DNA of 64,000 nucleotides from an uncultured Nitrososphaerales archaeon (lineage in GTDB: Archaea; Thermoproteota; Nitrososphaeria; Nitrososphaerales; Nitrososphaeraceae), in NCBI GenBank assembly GCA_963695855.1, contig CAVOHZ010000010.1:1056001-1120000 (forward strand), written 5' to 3'. Positions 53,721 to 63,644 of the stretch are shown one piece after another. The stretch's first letter is position 1; each line of letters opens with the position of its first letter. Below the pieces are notes generated by a model that did no database searches, was not told where the DNA came from, and was given only the letters and a program-made list of their open reading frames with translations. The position numbers were made by a program, and so were the translations under genes.

Positions 53721-54371
53721 TTGGATGATGTTACATTTTCTATTCCAATAGTACTTCAAATTCTTGATCTGTTTGGTATCATGGCTTTTGCAGTAACAGG
53801 AGCTTTGAAAGCAATTGAATACAAAATGGATATTGTTGGGGTTATAATGTTAGCAAGCAGTACAGGATTAGCTGGGGGGTTAATTAGAGACGTAATTTTA
53901 AATAGGATTCCCCCAAAGGTCTTGGTAGATCCGTTTTATTTGCTAGTTGCTGTTTCAACAGGTTTGATTGTATTTTTTTTGTATCGTTTTTTTAAGGAAA
54001 ATTTTAATTTATTCTTGAAATTTGATGCTATCGGTTTGGGTGTATTCAGTATAATAGGCGCCAGTGTTGCCTACGAAATAACTGGTCTGAATTTCATTGC
54101 TATGGCATTTGCTGGAATCTTTAGCGCCATTGGAGGGGGAATTTTTAGAGATATAATTGTCAAGGAAATTCCATTGGTATTCTTAAAAGAATTATATGCA
54201 TCTGCAAGTTTTTTGGGTATTACCATCTTTTATATTATGTTATTTTTTGAAATAAATTATTATTTTTCTATGATGATTTGTATAGTTATTATTACAGTAT
54301 TTAGACTACTTTCTATGAAATTCAATTGGAATCTACCTAGATTACATACTGATGAAAAAAATGTGGATTAA
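53721..54371 (+). CDS. TRIC cation channel family (UPF0126) membrane protein
   Basis: LDLFGIMAFAVTGA, GGLIRDVIL, FDAIGLGVF, GGGIFRD, ELYASAS. Confidence 0.92.
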   Translation: MDDVTFSIPIVLQILDLFGIMAFAVTGALKAIEYKMDIVGVIMLASSTGLAGGLIRDVILNRIPPKVLVDPFYLLVAVSTGLIVFFLYRFFKENFNLFLKFDAIGLGVFSIIGASVAYEITGLNFIAMAFAGIFSAIGGGIFRDIIVKEIPLVFLKELYASASFLGITIFYIMLFFEINYYFSMMICIVIITVFRLLSMKFNWNLPRLHTDEKNVD

Positions 54372-54526
54372 TGTTAACCTTAATCTAGTACTACTACTAT
54401 AAAACCTACAGATACTTTAGTTCATTTGATTAAAGGAAGAAAAAGGACAAATGATAGCAAAAACAAACCATTTTAATATCGAACAGAAAATAGCGGTGAT
54501 AACAATTTTTCTACATGGATATGTTC

Positions 54527-55186
54527 CTAGTTTTTTACAAATTTAGTTTTAAATATAAAGGATTGCGTGAACCCAACTAATAAAAACGAGAATCCAGTTC
54601 CGAGCAATATTCCTCCAACCACATCTAATGGATAATGAACACCAACATAGATTCTTGAAAAACATACCAATGCAGCTTCAAAAGCAAGTCCCACAAAGAG
54701 AATAGTTCTTTTCATATTTCCACGAAACATGATAGACACAGTAGCTAATCCAGCTGAAACAATTGTTGCATGTCCTGATGGAAAAGAGAATGTATCTGCT
54801 GAAACCGGGAAAGTCTCAACTCCTGATACGTTCGGTCTCGGTCTGTCTATTACATCCTTAATTACAGATACCAAAGGCATCAGCAATATCATGGATATTG
54901 CAGCAATTACTGCGGTCTTTTTTCCTATTTTACCGCCAAAAATAAATAACATAATTAGTATTATTGGCCAAAAAATTTCTCTCCCGTACAATGTAATCAT
55001 GAGCATAATATCATCTACAAAAGGGGGTAAGAAAAGAGAGAGTTGATTCAACTGCAGAAAATAAAAATTGTCAGTTTTTAATAAACCTGTAAAAATTGTA
55101 TCTCTTTCATTATATATAATAATAGAAAGAAAAATGAAAGAGAACAAGCATACAAACGATATTAAAAATATTTTATCCACAACCAA
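54527..55186 (-). CDS. PAP2-family phosphatase
   Basis: K.VIDRPRP, SFPSGHA, SRIYVGVHYPLDV. Confidence 0.93.
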   Translation of the reverse strand: MVVDKIFLISFVCLFSFIFLSIIIYNERDTIFTGLLKTDNFYFLQLNQLSLFLPPFVDDIMLMITLYGREIFWPIILIMLFIFGGKIGKKTAVIAAISMILLMPLVSVIKDVIDRPRPNVSGVETFPVSADTFSFPSGHATIVSAGLATVSIMFRGNMKRTILFVGLAFEAALVCFSRIYVGVHYPLDVVGGILLGTGFSFLLVGFTQSFIFKTKFVKN

Positions 55187-55313
55187 TTATTACAATATTT
55201 AACAACTAGAAATATATGATATTAATTTTTTACTATTATGATATATTTATGAGTCCAAGGTAGAATAAGGCACTCTACCCTTATATTTGAATTATATAAA
55301 TTTCTTTTTAACA

Positions 55314-56918
55314 TCAACCTTCTCGAAGTAATTTGTTTACAAGGTCAGCGATCTTTTTTTCTAAAATGTTATAATGAGAATCAGTTATTTTACCTTGTTT
55401 AAATAAATGATCTATTTCTTCTCTTATCTCTTCTAATTGTTTGACTCCTTCAACTCTATCTTGTTTCAATGCATCGTAGGTAAAATCTATTCTATTCATA
55501 ACTTTGTTTAGATTTCTTCTTTCCCTTCTTCTATAGTAAAATCCAGCAAAAATAGAGGTCGAACCTAATATTCCTGCCACCATTCCTATATATGTCTCTG
55601 TTGATATAGAATCCTTGAAATTAGCAGTCAACTGATTATTTTCAGTGACATTAAATGAAACTGGATTTTTGTTAGTTGATACCATATCAGACCAAAAGTC
55701 AAATGACTTTTCTCTAGATGCATGAGCTACACATGTTATCTCAGTATTATGTGGATACAAAATAGAATGAATTGATGGAAATTTGTAATTATTACATTCA
55801 ACTGTTCCTGAATTTTCTGGATTAACATTTACAGATAAACGCACTACAATTTGATCTAGGTTGCTATCGATTACTGAAATTCCATTGAAAGATGTATTGG
55901 ATACATATATCAAGTTTGTATCTGGGTTTACAGCTAATCTACTAGCTACTAATGGAAATGCGACCTCAATAGGCAAATCAAGCGAGGGGTCGATACTTTC
56001 ATAGTTTTCTGCTATTTTAGTTCCCAGGGAGATATCTTTTATTTTTTCACTAGTCGTTGCATTAATAACAGAAACAGTATTGTCTCCAAGATTAGAGACA
56101 TATATTTTGTTTGATAAAGAATCTGCTGCAACATCAACTGGAGATTTACCAACTTTCACTGTAGATTTTATTTTATTTGTATTAGCGTCAATTATTGACA
56201 TTGTATTCGAAAGATAATTTGCGGCATACAGTATGTTTGTTTTTAAATCTATATACAAACCGGTAGGTACAGTTCCAACTGTGATATTATCTAAAACTTG
56301 ATCTGTTTTTCCATCTATTACAGATACAGTAGAATTATCAATATTAGAAATATATATTTTGTTTGTTAGAGGATTTAATGTTATGCCATAAGGAATATGA
56401 TTCAACTTTATCGTTTTTATTACTTCGTTATTTATCCCATCTATAATAGACACGGATTTAGAATCAAGATTTGTCACATAAATTAAGTTTTTGGATGGAT
56501 TTACAGATATTCCTACTGGAGATGATCCAACTTCAACATCGGAAAGCTTTTGATTGGTAGAACCATCTATTACAGATACTGTAGCTGATCCTCGATTGGT
56601 CACATATACTCTATTATTAAAAGGATTGGTATCGAGATCATATGGAAAATTATCTACCAGAATCGTATTTTCAATATTATCTGTTTTACTATCTATTACT
56701 GAAATAGTATTAGAGAATTGATTGGCAACATAAATCATACCTGTTAATGGATTCATATCAATACCTACAGGATAGCTACCAACTATTATCATAGATTTTC
56801 CAATACTGCCTGTCAAATCTTTATCTGTCTGTGCAAAAATAAAAGAGAATGAAAGAAGGAAGATAATAAGAGACAAAGAGAAAATGATAAATGAAAATGA
56901 TAAAAATTTAAAACTCAT
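55314..56918 (-). CDS. YVTN/YncE-family beta-propeller surface protein with C-terminal TM
   Basis: Repeated IYVAN/YVTN..S.TVSVID units, signal peptide, TM near C-terminus. Confidence 0.92.
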   Translation of the reverse strand: MSFKFLSFSFIIFSLSLIIFLLSFSFIFAQTDKDLTGSIGKSMIIVGSYPVGIDMNPLTGMIYVANQFSNTISVIDSKTDNIENTILVDNFPYDLDTNPFNNRVYVTNRGSATVSVIDGSTNQKLSDVEVGSSPVGISVNPSKNLIYVTNLDSKSVSIIDGINNEVIKTIKLNHIPYGITLNPLTNKIYISNIDNSTVSVIDGKTDQVLDNITVGTVPTGLYIDLKTNILYAANYLSNTMSIIDANTNKIKSTVKVGKSPVDVAADSLSNKIYVSNLGDNTVSVINATTSEKIKDISLGTKIAENYESIDPSLDLPIEVAFPLVASRLAVNPDTNLIYVSNTSFNGISVIDSNLDQIVVRLSVNVNPENSGTVECNNYKFPSIHSILYPHNTEITCVAHASREKSFDFWSDMVSTNKNPVSFNVTENNQLTANFKDSISTETYIGMVAGILGSTSIFAGFYYRRRERRNLNKVMNRIDFTYDALKQDRVEGVKQLEEIREEIDHLFKQGKITDSHYNILEKKIADLVNKLLREG

Positions 56919-57092
56919 GATAATTCAGATCCAGTAATATTTTAGGAGGTATAAAAATAATAGTTTATTTGCGATCAGAATCATCTAGTATATTTTACAA
57001 AAAATCATTATATAAGATTGTAACTTAAAAAATATTGTAAGAACTTATATAAAATGAATATCTATGATTATTCTATCTAAGAGGTATAGAGA

Positions 57093-57494
57093 ATGAAAAG
57101 AAAAAATCTTCTGTTTGTATCAATAATTTCCCTATCCATATTAGTATTAGGAACAATTAATATTTCTGAATCTTACTCGGATGTAAGGCTTATTTCTACA
57201 GATAATGAAGGGGAAGGAGAAGATGATCAGGACATTTTTAGCTCCCTTAGTAGAATGTTAGGTGAAAAAGATAGCGGTGGAGATTCTGGAAAAGATTCCA
57301 GTTCAGAAGAGAAAGATAGCGGTGGAGATTCTGGAAAAGATTCCAGTTCAGAAGAGAAAGATAGCGGTGGAGATTCTGGAAAAGATTCCAGTTCAGAAGA
57401 GAAAGATAGCGGTGGAGATTCTGGAAAAGATTCCAGTTCAGAAGAGAAAGATAGCGGTGGAGATTCTGGAAATGAAGGTAAAGGAACAGAGTAA
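57093..57494 (+). CDS. Secreted acidic low-complexity repeat protein
   Basis: Signal peptide followed by (EKDSGGDSGKDSSSE)x4 plus a partial copy. Confidence 0.75.
   Translation: MKRKNLLFVSIISLSILVLGTINISESYSDVRLISTDNEGEGEDDQDIFSSLSRMLGEKDSGGDSGKDSSSEEKDSGGDSGKDSSSEEKDSGGDSGKDSSSEEKDSGGDSGKDSSSEEKDSGGDSGNEGKGTE
57264..57472. repeat. 45-bp near-perfect tandem repeat
   Basis: GAGAAAGATAGCGGTGGAGATTCTGGAAAAGATTCCAGTTCAGAA units. Confidence 0.92.
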
Positions 57495-57606
57495 ATCCAT
57501 TATCTATTCTAAAAATTGAAAGATATTTAAAATTTTTAAAAAACAATAAATCCTTTTTAATTATGAAATAAAGAATTTATGTGGATCACTAGATAATAAT
57601 TAATGT

Positions 57607-58602
57607 ATGGGCAAAAGCAAAATCAAAGGCAATCTGAGCAAGAATAATACTTTAAGATTTGCATTAATTTCCTCTATTACTGTTGTTATTTATCTTATTT
57701 CTCTATCTATCTCCAATTCGTACTCAGAAGATATTGTCTCAATATCTGAGAGAAACATTTTCAAGGATTCAAATGATAAGTTGAATTTAGTAGGGACCTT
57801 AACAAATATCGGCAAAACTCCATTAGAGGTAACTATAGGTGTAGATGTAAAGAAGCCTTTCCAAAATGAGCCAGAGGTACTGAATAGCAAAACGTTTGCT
57901 AGTGTGCTCTATCCACATAGGGAAGTACCTTTTAAATTTACTATAGAAAATGGAGAGTCGTTTGAAGGATCCGTTTTTGTTGTAGAAACAAAAGAAGTGA
58001 ATATGCCATTATTTGCCACTCTAAAACATGAATATTCAAACATTGCTATGGGAGATGAAAAAGCATTGATAGGAACCATAAAAAATATTGGGTCATCCAT
58101 TATCAATGATGTTGCGGTATATGCATCTGTTCATTCCAAAGATGGTACGCAATTAGATTCTGTAAAAAGTGCAGTAATTCCTATTCTGTATCCAGGAGAA
58201 GAAAAACCTTATAAAATTATTCCTGAACCTACTACAAGATCTTTAGCTTACTACTATAGCTGTGCTGGTCTTGATATAAACAGTCCTAAAACAACTTTAG
58301 ACATAGGAGGAGGAGAATTGCTTCCCTTTGATTTTGAAAGCGCATCTCTTGTGAGCAATTTTATCTATGACAAGTCCTCTGACAGTATTATGTTTACAAT
58401 CAAACCATATAACCCAGAAGGTGGAGATCTAATATTCAAAATTCCACAAAGTAACACCAATCAGAAGATAAATATCAGTATTGATGGAAAGCTGCATAAA
58501 GAAGCAACGATTACAACCGACGACAAAACAATTACAATGAAAGTATCAATACCAGCCGATGAGCATAATGTCATTATTTCAGGAGCTAGAAATGGAGTAT
58601 AA
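57607..58602 (+). CDS. Secreted protein with FxLYD-like Ig domains
   Basis: N-terminal TM; LVGTLTNIG...PFKF and IGTIKNIG..VYASVH.KDG...PGEEKPY repeats. Confidence 0.7.
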   Translation: MGKSKIKGNLSKNNTLRFALISSITVVIYLISLSISNSYSEDIVSISERNIFKDSNDKLNLVGTLTNIGKTPLEVTIGVDVKKPFQNEPEVLNSKTFASVLYPHREVPFKFTIENGESFEGSVFVVETKEVNMPLFATLKHEYSNIAMGDEKALIGTIKNIGSSIINDVAVYASVHSKDGTQLDSVKSAVIPILYPGEEKPYKIIPEPTTRSLAYYYSCAGLDINSPKTTLDIGGGELLPFDFESASLVSNFIYDKSSDSIMFTIKPYNPEGGDLIFKIPQSNTNQKINISIDGKLHKEATITTDDKTITMKVSIPADEHNVIISGARNGV

Positions 58603-58900
58603 CAACATATCATCTGTTCCTGTGTGGAAAAGAGAATTTATATAAAATAAATTGTGATAAATTAACCAAGCTCATTCAATTTATCCTCAAATTGATATCT
58701 ATCTACGTCGTATTACGATTCCAATCCTAGAAACATGATCAAAAAGAAATAAATAATGTAAATTTCAATTCAAATAAAAGAGTAAGATATAAAGGAACAA
58801 CAACAAGAAACATAATTATTGTTATGTACAATATTTCTATTACCTTATTACATATTTTTTGCAAATAACCTTCTTATATCCGATTTACGTATTAGAATCA

Positions 58901-59055
58901 TACAGTCAGAAACGAAAGTGGAAGAAACTGCGAATTTGACTGTAAATCACACTGGTAAGTACTGACTTGTGCAAAAGGCTTACCGGAAAAAACTGATGGG
59001 TCGCAATGGGCCAAGAACTATCTGGCCCATTGCATAATCTATGTTGTAGTCAGAA
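58901..59055 (+). ncRNA. Candidate structured non-coding RNA (three hairpins)
   Basis: Stems 58901-10/58935-44, 58952-60/58978-86, 59003-13/59023-33; G-U pairs on the + strand; TTATAT at 58874-79; no ORF. Confidence 0.55.
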
Positions 59056-59098
59056 GTTATTATTAGAATATAATATTTTAACAGTATAAAAGATAAAA

Positions 59099-59386
59099 AT
59101 GAGCAACGAGATAGTTGATCAAATGTCATTTAATCTGGTAAAAGCTATCAAGAATACCCACAGAAATCCAATAAATATAATTTTGCATGCAGTAGGATTA
59201 GTCCTATATTGTTTTGCACTATATTTGATAGCGGATGATTTAATTGGAGAAGGACAAAAAATGGTTCTTGGTATATTTTCTTTTATCACTGCAATAGGAC
59301 TATTTTTGATTGGTCACAAGATCGAAGGAAATATTAGAGCAATTACGATAATTATTTTACTAAAATACATCAAAAGTAAAATATAG
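59099..59386 (+). CDS. Small membrane protein, Mpo1/DUF962-like
   Basis: H.NPIN..LH..G and GH.IEGN histidine motifs, two TM helices. Confidence 0.7.
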   Translation: MSNEIVDQMSFNLVKAIKNTHRNPINIILHAVGLVLYCFALYLIADDLIGEGQKMVLGIFSFITAIGLFLIGHKIEGNIRAITIIILLKYIKSKI

Positions 59387-59544
59387 CTTACTAAAAATAA
59401 TAAAACAAGTCTATCATATTTACTATAAAGATCCATGTTTGTTCAGTTTAAATATATTTTCTATGATAAACTATAGTACTTTAAATATTAACAGTAAAAT
59501 AATTCCAAAAAAGTTATAGTTTAGATATTACATAATATTATTAG

Positions 59545-59784
59545 GTGAGACACATGAACACCTCCAAGATAATAAAAAAAGGTCAAAATAGCTTATTTTT
59601 CAGACATGAATATCTTAGAGATAGTCTTTCGCAAAAATACAGAGAATGTGAATCGTGTAAAACCAGAACACAATTTACATGTTTAGTATGTGGATTTTGT
59701 TGGAGTTGTCATTGGAAAATTGAACAGCTTTCAAAAATTCCAGAACACTTTTTAAAAGATTCAGTAAGTTTTAATAAAAAATGA
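59545..59784 (+). CDS. Small Cys-rich zinc-binding protein
   Basis: CESC...CLVCGFCWSCH. Confidence 0.7.
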   Translation: MRHMNTSKIIKKGQNSLFFRHEYLRDSLSQKYRECESCKTRTQFTCLVCGFCWSCHWKIEQLSKIPEHFLKDSVSFNKK

Positions 59785-59869
59785 CAAGAAATTTTTCTCG
59801 CTTAAAACTACAGTAAATAGCAACAAACAGCATAAAAACTATTATTACCAAACAGTAAAAATATCAAAT

Positions 59870-60223
59870 ATGGATTTTGATAATTTGTGTAAAAGGATAC
59901 TAGACATGGACAAAAAAGTTAGGTTTGCAGGTGTATGCGACGAATCTGGCGAGATAAAATATGGTAGTCAGCGAGAAGGCGTACAAAATATTTTAAGCAG
60001 CGAAGAAACCAGGAAATCAAATCTGCAAGCCTTGGCAAGATGGGGTCTTAGAAATTCATTAGCACCAAAAATCGGCAAGGGCAAGTACGCAATGGCAGAA
60101 TACGAAAAGATAAAGAGAATAACTATCCCGCTACCAGATGAACATCTCCTACTGGTTACAACCGAGGTAGAAGCAGACCATGGAAAAATCATTAATAATA
60201 TCATAAGTTTATTAAGTGCATAA
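59870..60223 (+). CDS. Thaumarchaeal roadblock/profilin-like (DUF6659-type) protein
   Basis: CKRILDMDKKVRFAGV...YAMAEYEKIKRITIP pattern. Confidence 0.75.
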   Translation: MDFDNLCKRILDMDKKVRFAGVCDESGEIKYGSQREGVQNILSSEETRKSNLQALARWGLRNSLAPKIGKGKYAMAEYEKIKRITIPLPDEHLLLVTTEVEADHGKIINNIISLLSA

Positions 60224-60229
60224 CAATTC

Positions 60230-60463
60230 ATGGTGGAGGCATTTGTCTTAATTACTTGTGATTACGGGCAGGAAGAAAAAATACTTGAGGAATTAGATAA
60301 GATAGAAGAGATACAAGTAATCAACAGATTAGGAGGTCCATATAACATTCTTCTTAAAATAAATTCAGAAACTATCGATGAAATAAATGAAATTGTTACA
60401 GGACAGATAAAAACAATAGACAAGATAAGACATACTTTAATGTTAAAAATCAAGACAGATTAG
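60230..60463 (+). CDS. Stand-alone Lrp/AsnC ligand-binding (RAM) domain protein
   Basis: AFVLITC..G.E, GPYNILLKI, IRHTLML. Confidence 0.85.
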   Translation: MVEAFVLITCDYGQEEKILEELDKIEEIQVINRLGGPYNILLKINSETIDEINEIVTGQIKTIDKIRHTLMLKIKTD

Positions 60464-60630
60464 TTTAAGATCAGATGTTTATGTAAGACATTGTTTTATA
60501 TCATGTAAAGTATTATGAAATCAGGATGAAACTTATATGCATGTTCCAGTTTTTCAGTAGTTCGTTGTCTATTTAGAAGAATTTTTCAAGATCAGAATAA
60601 CATTCCTTAATTATAAAAGCTATTGATAGG

Positions 60631-61017
60631 TTAGGTCAATTTCTCTTTTTTCGCAATCCATTTTCCTGATTTTCTGTCTAGAATTATACTACCTACTATG
60701 TGTCCCTTATTGTATACTTTGGCAATTTCCTTATTAATTCCCATCAAGGACAGAAGAAAAGAATCTTTTTCGTGATATCCAGATTCTATAACCTTCATAC
60801 TGAGTTTACTGCTAGTTTTTTTAATCAGGTTTCTTGCGAATGACCAATCTCCTTTCCAATAAAAAACTTTAAAATTGCCGAAATTTACTGTTGACAGTGA
60901 ATATCCTTCAAGTTTGGCTTCAAATTTTTTATCATGTTGTAAGGAATATGAATTCATCCATTTTATGGCCTCTTCTGCCTTTCTTTCCTCAAGAGCAAAA
61001 TTATCAGCACTTGCCAA
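60631..61017 (-). CDS. Hypothetical protein
   Basis: 128-aa ORF with normal composition. Confidence 0.7.
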   Translation of the reverse strand: MASADNFALEERKAEEAIKWMNSYSLQHDKKFEAKLEGYSLSTVNFGNFKVFYWKGDWSFARNLIKKTSSKLSMKVIESGYHEKDSFLLSLMGINKEIAKVYNKGHIVGSIILDRKSGKWIAKKEKLT

Positions 61018-61085
61018 TTAATCATAAGAAATTATAATCCAGATTAAATACTTGACGTTGTTTTATTATATATTAAAACAGACAT

Positions 61086-61670
61086 ATGAACAAAGAGAAA
61101 AAGTTACATCTAGATAAAAAAGGAATCAGAGTATTTGCAATTGCTGAAAGTTTCAAAAAAGAAAATTCAATATCCATCATTGCTGGAATTGTAATGAGAA
61201 AAGATCTAATAGTTGATGGTGTTGTTTTTGGAAACGTTACTATCGGGGGTAATGATGCTACTGACAGTATCATATCAATGATAAAGAATCAGGAAAGAAA
61301 TGATATCAATCTTATTTTATTGGACGGTATGATAATTAGCATGTATAATATCATTGACGGAGAGGAGATCTTTAAAACTACCAGTATTCCGATTATTGCT
61401 ATCACATTCAAAGATTCCTTTGGTATAGATCAATCTATTAAAAACTATTTTCCAGATAATTATAAAACGAAGATTGAAAGTTACAACAAATTGGGAGAAC
61501 GTAAGAAAATCGTGTTGAAGACTGGAAAATTTCTGTTTATTAGAAATTGGGGAATAACTATTCAAGATTCAATTGATATTATTAATTCTTTCCTCATTCA
61601 AGGAGCAATTCCAGAACCTATAAGAATAGCAAAAATGATAGCAAGAGCACATGTTAGAATAAACAAGTAA
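61086..61670 (+). CDS. DUF99 family protein (endonuclease V-like fold)
   Basis: AIAESF, GNDATD, LLDG.II..YNIID, IPEPIRIA. Confidence 0.88.
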   Translation: MNKEKKLHLDKKGIRVFAIAESFKKENSISIIAGIVMRKDLIVDGVVFGNVTIGGNDATDSIISMIKNQERNDINLILLDGMIISMYNIIDGEEIFKTTSIPIIAITFKDSFGIDQSIKNYFPDNYKTKIESYNKLGERKKIVLKTGKFLFIRNWGITIQDSIDIINSFLIQGAIPEPIRIAKMIARAHVRINK

Positions 61671-61759
61671 AGAAGAAATACTAGACTATCTATAAAAATG
61701 AAGAAAATAATAGCCAATAATTATATCTCATCTTCATAGTAAGAAGATTTTTTTAATGT

Positions 61760-62335
61760 CTAACTTTTTACAAATTTAAAGTATATAATTCTAATACGTT
61801 GCGTATCTCCTTTGAAAATCTTGAGGAAATAGGTGTTATACTGTTCATGAGGCCCTTCGGAACAGTCTATTGTAATGAATCCTATCGATTCAAAAAATTC
61901 TTTCAACCAAATCATTTCTCCAAAAAATAATTCATCAGATACAGGTTGTAACAATGCATCGGTGATTTCTGTGATTAGAATAAAACTACCTTTATGTTCT
62001 AACTTGTTGTAGATTATTTTATATAACTTGCTCCATTTTTGTTTATGATTCTTATCTATAAATTTTGGATCTGGCAAAATATAAATAACTTTATTGATGG
62101 AATTATCCCCGAATAATGGAAGAACCTCATCAAAGGAATTATTAATTAACTTTACATTATTTGATTTAATATTGGATGAAGCTTCTTGAAAACGCTCAGT
62201 GTTAATTTCAATCCCTATAAAATAGTTCTCTTTCTCTTTCTCTGATAAATCTTTGATTAATCTTCCATCTCCCATTCCCAATTCAACTACCAATTTGAGG
62301 GATTTTGGCATTTCAGAAAGGAGTTTTTTATTCAC
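61760..62335 (-). CDS. SAM-dependent methyltransferase (TrmB-like)
   Basis: VVELGMGDG, IGIEIN, ILPDP. Confidence 0.75.
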   Translation of the reverse strand: MNKKLLSEMPKSLKLVVELGMGDGRLIKDLSEKEKENYFIGIEINTERFQEASSNIKSNNVKLINNSFDEVLPLFGDNSINKVIYILPDPKFIDKNHKQKWSKLYKIIYNKLEHKGSFILITEITDALLQPVSDELFFGEMIWLKEFFESIGFITIDCSEGPHEQYNTYFLKIFKGDTQRIRIIYFKFVKS

Positions 62336-62613
62336 TAACGTAATTTAGAATTTCAGATGATTTTTTATACATTTCGTTATTAATCGAATATATTTAAAAT
62401 TTTATTTGTTATAATGATATTCTCATATTTTCAATGGAACAAATACTGCTGATAGAGATGATGAATTATTTCCCAAACAATACTAATTGAGAGATTAAAA
62501 TCAGTTTTGGGTATCTATAATTTTTTACCCTATTGGCTAGACAGCGTTTTAGATGACCCAAAATATATTCTATTGGTAAACCAACAATAATTGGCCAAAG
62601 AATGTTAAGAAAT

Positions 62614-63342
62614 TTAATTATGAATATCAAATATTTGTCCGCTAATTTCTCCTTCTGGATAATCACGGCTTTGAACATTTAGATAAGCATATCCATTTTC
62701 AATAAGATCTATTAACTCGCTAAACGAAGAATTTTTAAGAGGTCCTTTAAGGTCTTCAATACCTAAAGAACCTTCTACTGATAGTCCAGGACCTTCTCTA
62801 CAATGGCCTTTTCCTTTGATCTCATTACATAAAGACAATACAGAAGGTCCATCTTCACCTCGATTTCCAATATGAACATCAATAATTTCTACGTCATCGC
62901 CTTCAACATAACTCATACCGTATAAGAAGACTTCAAAATCAAGTGTCTCCACATTGGGATGAAAAGTAAAGAATGCCTTTCCTCTAGAGTCGATATCACC
63001 ATTACCTTGTACGTAAATAGAAGGAGACGGATACATATTAGACGTAAAAATCATTGGATACATTGCAAGATTAGATGACAAGGGATTTATAGGATACATC
63101 AAATTGGATCTATCTTCCTCATTAATATTATCATCATAATGTCTATCATCATTTTGGTAATAGTTATTGTCTACATAATTTTCAGAGTACTCATTTTCAA
63201 TATCAATCAAAAGATTTTGAGTGACGGGTTTTTGATTCTTATTCATATCTCCATATATACTAGGGATGATCGATGATATCAATATACCAAATAGGATTAA
63301 AGAAAGAAATACTATAGAAAAAAATAAGAATGCTCTTTCCAT
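62614..63342 (-). CDS. CHRD-domain secreted protein
   Basis: N-terminal TM; HIGNRGEDGP, AYLNVQS..YPEGEISGQI. Confidence 0.85.
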   Translation of the reverse strand: MERAFLFFSIVFLSLILFGILISSIIPSIYGDMNKNQKPVTQNLLIDIENEYSENYVDNNYYQNDDRHYDDNINEEDRSNLMYPINPLSSNLAMYPMIFTSNMYPSPSIYVQGNGDIDSRGKAFFTFHPNVETLDFEVFLYGMSYVEGDDVEIIDVHIGNRGEDGPSVLSLCNEIKGKGHCREGPGLSVEGSLGIEDLKGPLKNSSFSELIDLIENGYAYLNVQSRDYPEGEISGQIFDIHN

Positions 63343-63644
63343 TGTATGGAATTAAATATCAACTATTTCAAGAAATCGTTACACCATACTCTGAAATAAT
63401 TATAACCAATATATAGATTATAATGATACTGTACCAAAATAGGAAATCGTATTAATAAACATAATATGAATCCACGTGATAGAAGAAATCGTTATATTAA
63501 CATATTAATAATGATGTTATAGAAAAGTGATAAGATTTTTTTCGCTTTTTAGCAATTAATGAGTGAAATGTTCCAATAATAAATAAATAAACCGACAAAA
63601 TAATTAGAAAAAATATCCAAAATTAATTCTTGAACTATTGTGGT

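Noticed and set aside
55257-55283. AAGGTAGA/TCTACCCTT hairpin
   Set aside because: Only about 6 bp perfect; could be chance
57247-57546. Alternative-frame repeat ORFs / CRISPR
   Set aside because: By-products of the 45-bp coding repeat; no spacers or cas genes
58960-59000. Hammerhead ribozyme or C/D box reading of the CTGA motifs
   Set aside because: No CUGANGA...GAAA core in the right order and no complete RUGAUGA C box
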